Source of the DNA: Candidatus Omnitrophota bacterium
GTDB taxonomy: Bacteria; Omnitrophota; Gorgyraeia; JAFGIU01
Assembly: GCA_016929445.1 (NCBI GenBank)
Contig: JAFGIU010000055.1
Coordinates: 4,629-68,628 of the forward strand
Reading direction: 5' to 3'
Length of the DNA stretch: 64,000 nucleotides
Shown piece by piece: positions 56,968 to 64,000 of the stretch. Each line of letters opens with the position of its first letter. Position 1 is the first letter of the stretch. Below the pieces are notes generated by a model. It was not told where the DNA came from. It saw only the letters and a program-made list of their open reading frames with translations, and did not search any database. A program made the position numbers and the translations under genes.

Positions 56968-57433
56968 CGGCCTTCACCTCCTCCTCTTCCTCCAACACTT
57001 CGGAATCCCACTCTTTAAACTGCTGAGGCAAGCCGAGGGGCCCGAGCTTCTTGATCTGATCGACCATCTCGTTGACCACCCGTTGTACCTTCTCGCCTTC
57101 GGAAGCGGAGATCCATTCCAGCCTGAAGCGCTCTTGCTCAATACCCATGCTCTTGAGCAAGCGGTTCAAAAGGCGTACCCGGCGAAGGGCCTTGTAGTTG
57201 CCCTCAATATAATGGCAATCACCCGGGTGGCAGCCGCCGATGAGCACTCCGTCCGCGCCCTTGGCAAAGGCCTCCATGACAAACTGAGGATCAATACGCC
57301 CGGAGCACATAACGCGGATGATCCGGACGTTGGCGGCATATTTCATACGCGAAACCCCTGCAAGGTCGGCGGCCGTATACGTACACCAGTTGCAGAAGAA
57401 AGCGACAATCTTCGGTTCCCATTGATCAGACAT
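56957..57433 (-). CDS. mvhD: Hydrogenase [2Fe-2S] subunit
   Basis: PKIVAFFCNWC.Y.AADLAG, RVMCSGR, GADGV..GGCHPGDCHY and WISASEG. Confidence 0.95.
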   Translation of the reverse strand: MSDQWEPKIVAFFCNWCTYTAADLAGVSRMKYAANVRIIRVMCSGRIDPQFVMEAFAKGADGVLIGGCHPGDCHYIEGNYKALRRVRLLNRLLKSMGIEQERFRLEWISASEGEKVQRVVNEMVDQIKKLGPLGLPQQFKEWDSEVLEEEEEVKADVS

Positions 57434-59441
57434 CGGCCAATACCCCCTCGATTTCGCTGTAGATCTCCGCATCCTCAAACAGGTTCTGTGAAATCGAACC
57501 CGAAGGACAAGAGGCCACACAAGTTCCGCAGCCCTTACACAGTGCCTCATTGATCACGGCCTTGAGGCTACCCGCATCAAAACTTATCGCCGTGTACGGA
57601 CAGAGCGGAATACAGGACTTGCAGCCCGAGCACTCCTTCTCATCGATATAGGCGGTGTTGGGTTCCAATTCCACATACCCCTTATCAATGAGCGCCATGA
57701 CCTGGGCTGCGGCTGAACCCGCTTGCGCCACGGTGTCGGGAATATCCTTGGGGCCCTGGCACCCGCCGGCAATGAAGATGCCGTCCGTAAAGGTGTCCAC
57801 CGGCGCAAGCTTGGGGTGCCTCTCCAAAAACCATCCCTCGGTTGCGCAAGAAATGTTGAACATCTTGCGCACCTCTTGAGCATCCGGTCGAGGCTCCAGA
57901 CCCACGGCCAGCACAGCCATATCCACAGGGATACGGCGCACAAATCCGCTGAGTGTGTCCTCCACGCGGATAATCAGCTTGCCTTCCTCTTCAGGAGACA
58001 CGATCCAGTCCGCGATTTCGGAGACACGCCCGCGAATAAAGTGAACGCCTTCACCCTGCAAACGGTCGTAAAACTCTTCATATCCCTTGCCCGGTGTCCG
58101 TATATCAATGTAGAAGTTATACACCTCCGCACCGGTATGTTCCTTGATTAGATGCGCCAGTTTGAGGGAATACATGCAGCAGACTCGCGAACACCACTTA
58201 TTGGATTTCTCGTCTCGAGAACCCACACAGTGGATGATGCCCACCGTTTTCGGTTTATTTCCGTCCCGGCACACCACATGGCCGCCGGTCGGGCCCGAAG
58301 AATTGATCAATCGCTCGATTTCAAGCCCTGTGTAAACATTTTCGAGACGGCCGTATCCGTACTCCGGAGAACGCGCCGGATCATATGTTTTAAAGCCTGT
58401 GGCCAGGATGATATTGCCGACCTCGATCTCTTCGATCTTTTCTTTTTGGCTGAAATCAATCGCATTGCGGTCGCCGCAGATCTCCACACAAGTCTTCTTG
58501 CATTTCCCGGTCTTGACCTCGATACAGGTGTCCGGATCAATGGTGACAATCTGAGGGGTGGCCTGCGGAAAAGGAATGTACACGGGCTTGCGCTTGCTCA
58601 AACCCAGATTGAACTCGTCCTCGAACTTGGCCTCTTTGAAGACGCAAACGTCGATACAGTCCATACAGCCCACACACGCATCTTCCACAATATAGCGAGG
58701 CTTGCGTTTGACCTTGACCTTAAAGTTGCCGACAAAGCCGTCGACTTCTGCGACCTCGGAGTATGTCCAGAGCGTGATATTCGGATGCGACTTCACCTTG
58801 GACATCTTGGGCGTAAGGATACAGGCCGAACAATCCAGGGTGGGAAAGGTCTTGTCAAACTGGGCCATGTGGCCGCCGATGGTGGGCTCTCGCTCCACGA
58901 GATAGACCTTCTTGCCCGCCTCAGCCAAGGTGAGCGCCGCGTGGATCCCGGCAATTCCGCCGCCCACAACCAGCACCTTGGGATCCACAGACACACGCTT
59001 GCGCTCCAAAGCTTCGTGAAAAACAATGCGGTATACAGCCGCGCGCACCAAGTCCTTGCTCTTCGCGGTCGCGCTTGCCTTGTCCTCGTGAACCCATGCC
59101 CCATGCTCGCGGATATTGACCATGTGAAAGTAGTAGGGGTTCAGCCCGCCCTTGGCGACTGCGTTGCGGAAAGTATCCTCATGCAAGAGAGGAGAGCAGG
59201 CCGAAACCACAATGCGGTTGAGCTTGTGCTCCTTGATGGCTGCGGCAATAAATTCTTGCCCCGGATCCGAACACATGTATTTGTATTCAGTGGAAAATGC
59301 CACGCCCGGAAGGGTGCCCGCGTACTCACAGACATCATGAACATCCACCTTAGAGGCGATATTGGTACCACAATGACAAACGAAGACGCCGATACGAGGT
59401 TCATCTGCTCCTGTGGGCGGTTCCGTTAAACGATTAGACAT
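57426..59441 (-). CDS. hdrA: Heterodisulfide reductase flavoprotein subunit A
   Basis: RIGVFVCHCG.NI, ACSP..HE, NIRE, GGGIAG, DKTFPTLDCSACIL, CVGSRD, CSRVCCMY, HPKL.P, GPKDIP and two ferredoxin domains. Confidence 0.96.
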   Translation of the reverse strand: MSNRLTEPPTGADEPRIGVFVCHCGTNIASKVDVHDVCEYAGTLPGVAFSTEYKYMCSDPGQEFIAAAIKEHKLNRIVVSACSPLLHEDTFRNAVAKGGLNPYYFHMVNIREHGAWVHEDKASATAKSKDLVRAAVYRIVFHEALERKRVSVDPKVLVVGGGIAGIHAALTLAEAGKKVYLVEREPTIGGHMAQFDKTFPTLDCSACILTPKMSKVKSHPNITLWTYSEVAEVDGFVGNFKVKVKRKPRYIVEDACVGCMDCIDVCVFKEAKFEDEFNLGLSKRKPVYIPFPQATPQIVTIDPDTCIEVKTGKCKKTCVEICGDRNAIDFSQKEKIEEIEVGNIILATGFKTYDPARSPEYGYGRLENVYTGLEIERLINSSGPTGGHVVCRDGNKPKTVGIIHCVGSRDEKSNKWCSRVCCMYSLKLAHLIKEHTGAEVYNFYIDIRTPGKGYEEFYDRLQGEGVHFIRGRVSEIADWIVSPEEEGKLIIRVEDTLSGFVRRIPVDMAVLAVGLEPRPDAQEVRKMFNISCATEGWFLERHPKLAPVDTFTDGIFIAGGCQGPKDIPDTVAQAGSAAAQVMALIDKGYVELEPNTAYIDEKECSGCKSCIPLCPYTAISFDAGSLKAVINEALCKGCGTCVASCPSGSISQNLFEDAEIYSEIEGVLADV

Positions 59442-60315
59442 GGCCCACCTCCCTCTTATCCAAAGTTGGAAATACATGGACAAGGTTGCGCGTAAGGCCC
59501 ACCTTTTGGGCCGATAGACCAAGCGCCAAACCCATAACCTGTGTGAAATACAGGATGGGAATGGCGAGGTCTTCTTTATAACGCTTGGACACTTCGTCCT
59601 GATAGCTTTCAAGATTGAACTGGCACAAGGGACAGATCGTAACAATCACGTCCGCACCGCGCCGCTTGGCTTCCTTTAACAGGATGTAGACCAGGCGCAG
59701 CCCGACCTCGGGCAAAGACCCGGTCTGGCTGCCGCTGCAGCAACGCGTTTTCAAGGGATAATCCACCACATCCGCGCCCAGCACATCGAGCAGTTGGTCC
59801 ATGCTGGTGGGGTTGCGCTGGGAATCAAAAGCCGCATAGGGCCGGACAATCTGGCAGCCGTAGTATGGGGCTACCTTTAAATCCTTGAGAGGAGTCTTGA
59901 CCGCATCCTTTATCCTTGAAAGCCCGATATCGTTGACAAAGACATCCAGCGGGTGGCGAACCTTGAGAGAGCCTCCGTACTTGAGACCCCCGGCAGCCAG
60001 AGCCTTGTCTGTTTTTTCTTTGACCTGGGGATACTCCTCGATATACTTATTGGCCTTGTTCAGGGAAAGATAGCAGGCATTGCAAGGAACCACGACATCC
60101 GTAGCCCCTTCCCTTTCAGCCAAAGCCAAGTTACGGCCGGCCAAGCCGAAAGCCATGCTCTCATCCACACCCATATAAGCTGTGGCGCCGCAACAGTTCC
60201 AATCATCAATTTCATTGGCCTCAACACCCATTGTCTCGAAAATCGCGAGGACCGATTCCTCATAGGCTTTGCCGGTCCCTTTCAAGGAGCAACCGGGATA
60301 GTAAGAATATTTCAT
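59434..60315 (-). CDS. hdrB: Heterodisulfide reductase subunit B
   Basis: YYPGCS, DWNCCG, PCNAC, YYGC, CCSG and CPLCQ.NL (two CCG domains). Confidence 0.94.
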   Translation of the reverse strand: MKYSYYPGCSLKGTGKAYEESVLAIFETMGVEANEIDDWNCCGATAYMGVDESMAFGLAGRNLALAEREGATDVVVPCNACYLSLNKANKYIEEYPQVKEKTDKALAAGGLKYGGSLKVRHPLDVFVNDIGLSRIKDAVKTPLKDLKVAPYYGCQIVRPYAAFDSQRNPTSMDQLLDVLGADVVDYPLKTRCCSGSQTGSLPEVGLRLVYILLKEAKRRGADVIVTICPLCQFNLESYQDEVSKRYKEDLAIPILYFTQVMGLALGLSAQKVGLTRNLVHVFPTLDKREVGHV

Positions 60316-60902
60316 GAGGTCGATACCCCCTTTCTATCCGAGCTGGCGTCCATAACTGCCTGCAGCTCCTTAATGCGCTTCACAGACTCGGGTTTGTAAT
60401 CCATGCGCCCGGTGCGAATCAGCCGCAGGCCCATTTTGCTCATTGTGAAAATGCGCAACAGGTTGGTCTTCAGCATGAAGATCATCATCAGCCGGCTCTC
60501 GGTGATGCGGCCTTTGGCGCGGACCATTTTGTAGAATTCCTTGCCCAGGATGGGGATAGCGAAGCGTCTGGGGTAAACCCGCTCCTGAATGGCTTTGCGC
60601 TTCAAGGCGTACATCACGTCCGTGACCTTGATGAGTTTTGGACATTCCGTGGTGCAGGAGTAGCAGCTGGTGCAAAGCCAGATCGTTTTGCTGCGCAGGA
60701 CCTCGTCCTTGAAACCCTGGCGCGCCATGTTGATAAGGCGCCTTGGAGTGTAATCCATGTAATGAGAAACAGGGCAAGTAGAGCTACAGATACCGCACTG
60801 GATGCAGTTTCGAATACGCTCGCTGCCCACGACGCCCGTGATCCACTCGGAAAAATCGTGGTCTCTCTCGGACTCGTATTTCATGCTCTTGGGGGTCGTC
60901 AT
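60312..60902 (-). CDS. hdrC: Heterodisulfide reductase subunit C
   Basis: CIQCGICSSTCP and IWLCTSCYSCTTECP; GGAGG RBS. Confidence 0.93.
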   Translation of the reverse strand: MTTPKSMKYESERDHDFSEWITGVVGSERIRNCIQCGICSSTCPVSHYMDYTPRRLINMARQGFKDEVLRSKTIWLCTSCYSCTTECPKLIKVTDVMYALKRKAIQERVYPRRFAIPILGKEFYKMVRAKGRITESRLMMIFMLKTNLLRIFTMSKMGLRLIRTGRMDYKPESVKRIKELQAVMDASSDRKGVSTS

Positions 60903-61191
60903 GAGCCCTCCTCGGTATTGCCGCAGCCCTAAAGCGGTGCTGTACTGCGTGCTTAGAGAACCGGACTATGGAAATAAGACCAAATCTTACCTATTTCGGA
61001 AATTCGGAACCAGATATGTAGGACCTATTTGACGATTTCTTGAGCTAGACTTCTATGCGCCACGTCATATAGTTTACCTTATTTTTGAGGAGATGGAGTA
61101 ATTTCGTGAGATTCTGGAGCAGGCGGGCAGAATTCCCGGGCAATCTTACCGATTCCGTCAAAACATGACTACCATCATAAGATCATATTTA

Positions 61192-61230
61192 GGTGCCAGG
61201 CACTGGTGCCAGGCACCGGTGCCTGACACC
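61192..61230. repeat. Family A array, 3 copies
   Basis: GGTGCCAGGCACT GGTGCCAGGCACC GGTGCCTGACACC right after the etfA stop. Confidence 0.9.
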
Positions 61231-61235
61231 AAAGA

Positions 61236-62273
61236 TTAGGCGGCGACCGGAGTGTTTTTGGTCAGGAGTTCATTGACCTTGGTCATGACCGCAAAGGCAT
61301 CAGCCACATACAACACATCAGCCTTGCCGTGGGCCCATCCGCAATTGGGGTCCAAGTTAATCGCACGGCGATCATTGATGAACCGCCAACCCACCACATG
61401 CGGCTCTTCCCCGTGGCAACAGGTGGCCAAACCCTTGGGATGACGCGGCGTGGAACCCGTTTGCCCCACCTGGTTCAGGTGACTCATAAAGGAGATCACT
61501 TCCTGTCCTTCTCCCGCCTGATCCACCAAAGACTTGCTGCTACCCAAGGAGGCCTTCTGGACCGTTAAGAAATCGCGAAGGATATTCTCCGCCTCTTTGA
61601 TGTGTATCTGTCCGTCGGACTGCTTCTTGGTCCAGCCCGCACCGGCTACAAGCAAGACATCGGCATCCGGACGGATTGTTTGCGCATCTGCGGAAGGCGC
61701 CTGAACCCCCTGAACTTCAGTGCGCAAGTTTGGAACGGAGACACTCACTACCTCAAGGGTGGCCTTTCCGTTTCCCTGCCACGGGGCATTTACTCCGGAA
61801 TCCAACAACAAAATCCACGGGCGCTGCGAACGGGTAAGCGTGGCCACCATGCGCTGCCGGTAGTACCAACGCTGAATTTGCGGAGACTCTTCCTTAAGCT
61901 CCAACCGACTCACATGAGTGTCGATGCGCCCTTTCAAGCGCGCCGCCACACCGGGAAGAGAACGACTGAAACGAGTGGTAGCACCGGCCACAATGATCGT
62001 GGCCGCGGATTGTACGGCCAAGGCCTCAGCCGCAGCAGCGTCTGTGGAATAGCGCGATACACCGAACTCCTTACCGCTCACAGCCATGATTTTCCCAGCG
62101 CCACAATTCCCAATGGAATTTGCGGCAGACTGAACATTCTCCCCAATCAATCCAACATCCAGAGCAGCGCCCAGACTCTTAGCCAGATCCACGGCAGCAG
62201 TCAGTGCCTCCAGCGCAACCTTGGGCAGGCTTCCATCGTTCTGTGTATGTGATAAAAATAGAATTTTTTCCAC
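61236..62273 (-). CDS. etfA: Electron transfer flavoprotein alpha subunit (FixB-like, divergent)
   Basis: ETF alpha layout, VAG.G, GSSK..VD, QVGQTG, AIN.D and AD..YV.DA. Confidence 0.82.
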   Translation of the reverse strand: MEKILFLSHTQNDGSLPKVALEALTAAVDLAKSLGAALDVGLIGENVQSAANSIGNCGAGKIMAVSGKEFGVSRYSTDAAAAEALAVQSAATIIVAGATTRFSRSLPGVAARLKGRIDTHVSRLELKEESPQIQRWYYRQRMVATLTRSQRPWILLLDSGVNAPWQGNGKATLEVVSVSVPNLRTEVQGVQAPSADAQTIRPDADVLLVAGAGWTKKQSDGQIHIKEAENILRDFLTVQKASLGSSKSLVDQAGEGQEVISFMSHLNQVGQTGSTPRHPKGLATCCHGEEPHVVGWRFINDRRAINLDPNCGWAHGKADVLYVADAFAVMTKVNELLTKNTPVAA

Positions 62274-62302
62274 GATTCACCTTATGGTTGGAACGAAGAT
62301 CA

Positions 62303-62371
62303 CCACGCCTCCCTAACAGCCGGCTCGTGATGACGCTTCGCGTCAGATTGCTTTGCTAAGCTCGCAACGAC
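62303..62371. repeat. 43-bp repeat (family C) followed by a GATTGC..CTCGCAACGAC element (family D)
   Basis: CCACGCCTCCCTAACAGCCGGCTCGTGATGACGCTTCGCGTCA; second copy at 63215-63257. Confidence 0.8.
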
Positions 62372-62384
62372 AAGTCTGTGAATT

Positions 62385-63194
62385 CTAACCTTTGAGCCAC
62401 GCGACAATCTCCTCTGCAATTTCTTCAACTGGAATATCCCTAACGATCTTGGTCTGGCGCTGCTGCACCGGCACTTCCACCTTCTCAAAGCTCACACCTT
62501 CAGCTCCCACCTTCGCCGGCTGTGCCTTCTGCAAGGCCGGCATAATGGTGCGCATATTGGCCATGCCCACCTGCGGGTTATTGGGCGGCTCCGGCAAACT
62601 CCCGGTCGCCCAAGCCAATACGGCAGGGGCACCTTTACAGGAGGAGATCTGGTACTGCCCGCCCTCGATGCGTTCCAAAATCTTGAGCGAACCGTCCGCC
62701 TGCACCGTCAATTCGTCCACACCGAGAAACTGGTCTGTAATGCCCAGGTGCTCGCCGATCATCTGCATGGTCGCTCCGGCATCACGCGAGGCCGACGAAC
62801 AACCGCCGAACAAAAGCAGTTTGGATTTGTCCAGACCGTCGATCTTCTCGATCGCGCCGGCTAGAGCCCCCGCAACTTCAGCAGAATCGGTGAAGCCGCC
62901 CGCCGGGCCATCCAGGACCACGAGCTCAAAACCGACCTTCTGTGCAATGGTCATCATGAGCTGCTGCAGCTTGGCTTTAGGACCCAGGCTCACCAACCAT
63001 ACCTTGGAACCCTCGGTATTCTTGGCCAGATTTGCAGCCTCGTAGAGTGAATGACCTGCCCACGGATCCAAGACCGCAGGCAAAACCATTTCGTTCTTCA
63101 GAGCAGGACCCGCCGGCCCCTGCACCGGCTCCAAAGTCTGCAAAGGATCGGGCACCAAGGATCCGCACACGACGATATGAAATCCAGAACTCAT
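62385..63194 (-). CDS. etfB: Electron transfer flavoprotein beta subunit (FixA-like)
   Basis: HIVVC...VPDP, SLGP and G..S...D.G; AAGGAGG RBS. Confidence 0.82.
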   Translation of the reverse strand: MSSGFHIVVCGSLVPDPLQTLEPVQGPAGPALKNEMVLPAVLDPWAGHSLYEAANLAKNTEGSKVWLVSLGPKAKLQQLMMTIAQKVGFELVVLDGPAGGFTDSAEVAGALAGAIEKIDGLDKSKLLLFGGCSSASRDAGATMQMIGEHLGITDQFLGVDELTVQADGSLKILERIEGGQYQISSCKGAPAVLAWATGSLPEPPNNPQVGMANMRTIMPALQKAQPAKVGAEGVSFEKVEVPVQQRQTKIVRDIPVEEIAEEIVAWLKG

Positions 63195-63214
63195 GTCTCC
63201 TCCTTAAAAGACCG

Positions 63215-63257
63215 CCACGCCTCCCTAACAGTCGGCTCGCGGTGACGCTCCGCGTCA
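63215..63257. repeat. Family C repeat, second copy (includes the fixCX stop codon)
   Basis: CCACGCCTCCCTAACAGTCGGCTCGCGGTGACGCTCCGCGTCA, 4 differences from 62303-62345. Confidence 0.8.
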
Positions 63258-64000
63258 ATTCTCCGCTGAATGAAGACCCCCGGCGCCCGCAACGAATTCC
63301 ACATTGCCTCGCTCGGAACCTTCTTCACGCGCTTGAGAACAATTCCACAAACACACACCACAATGCACGCACTTCTCCCGATCAAACTGGGGGACCCCGC
63401 CGTTCTCGCCTGGAGTGATCGCCTGGCCGGAACACGCCTCTATACAAACCTTTGCCTGGCACTGTTCGCAAAGCTCAGGCCGGACAAAAACCACGTGATC
63501 CGCATAACCCGCAGGTGCCTGAACCTTACCGCCCAAAAGCAAGGCATCCTGTTGCGAGATCAAAAGCTTGCCGTCGTATTCGATCTTGGGCCAACCACAA
63601 CGCTCCAAAAGCAAGTTATTGAGTCCCACACCTGTGGCTGCGGATTCATTGCGCGCAACTTCAATTTCTTCAGGGGTGAGCTTCCCTTTATAGTACTCTT
63701 CCAAGCTGGGGATTCGCTCGTGCGGCTTCTTCACCGGGCCGCTGAGGTTCAGCTTCCCGCCGCTCAGACCCGTAAGACCCATACCGATCATTCCCAAAAC
63801 AAAACTGCGCTGAAATCCGTCGCGTGCTTTCTCGGCCACGCGCCCCTCTTTTTCAACCCAGCTTTCCCGGCGGCGTTGCACATAGGCCGCCTCTAAATTC
63901 TCTTTGCTAAACTCCTTGCCTTCCTTGTACAGCTGCGCCACGCCTTCGGCCAATTGCACGCCCGTGGCCCAGGCCTCGTCCACGCCCGAACCGGTCAGCA
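63255..64000 (-). CDS. FixC/ETF-quinone oxidoreductase-like flavoprotein with fused C-terminal FixX-like ferredoxin (5' part outside window)
   Basis: Frame open to the window edge (LTGSGVDEAW); C-terminal CEQC...C...C and CVHCGVCLWNC, F..G.GG; lies upstream of etfBA. Confidence 0.78.
   Translation of the reverse strand, partial: LTGSGVDEAWATGVQLAEGVAQLYKEGKEFSKENLEAAYVQRRRESWVEKEGRVAEKARDGFQRSFVLGMIGMGLTGLSGGKLNLSGPVKKPHERIPSLEEYYKGKLTPEEIEVARNESAATGVGLNNLLLERCGWPKIEYDGKLLISQQDALLLGGKVQAPAGYADHVVFVRPELCEQCQAKVCIEACSGQAITPGENGGVPQFDREKCVHCGVCLWNCSQAREEGSERGNVEFVAGAGGLHSAEN

Noticed and set aside
54442-59441. Selenocysteine recoding in mvhA, mvhD or hdrA
   Set aside because: All relevant positions are Cys codons and the ORFs are uninterrupted
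1-64000. Prophage, integrase, transposase or anti-phage defence genes
   Set aside because: No ORF shows recognisable motifs for these; the only mobile-like signals are the short intergenic repeats

Overview
A gene-dense, fairly GC-rich (estimated by eye) bacterial chromosomal segment with about 53 CDSs. I found no rRNA, tRNA, CRISPR array, transposase or prophage. The gene content suggests a diderm bacterium, possibly Omnitrophota/PVC-like, but that assignment is only an inference. Housekeeping genes include cysH/cysC, leuCD, ilvD, hisN, metF, otsAB, ahpC with a Fur/PerR regulator, glpD, and nrdJ with tandem NrdR boxes. Gene clusters include a haem/cytochrome c/sulfite-nitrite reductase cluster, osmotic genes (mscS and an SLC12 cation-chloride cotransporter), a GT-C protein-glycosylation island, and a complete hdrCBA-mvhDGA-protease-hypA operon just downstream of fixCX-etfBA. 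The most notable observations are: (1) a promoter-defined ~225-nt RNA at 41686-41910 with mutually exclusive 1:2 / 2:3 / 3:4 (terminator) helices and a near-leaderless uORF, upstream of a 71-aa orphan gene; (2) a substrate-binding protein fused to an AspT/YidE antiporter; (3) an STT3-like oligosaccharyltransferase with WWPPG instead of WWDYG; (4) at least four co-existing families of short intergenic REP/REPIN-like palindromes; (5) widespread leaderless or very short-leader gene starts; (6) two gene remnants (arsC and a radical SAM gene). All product calls come from motif recognition by eye, not database searches.
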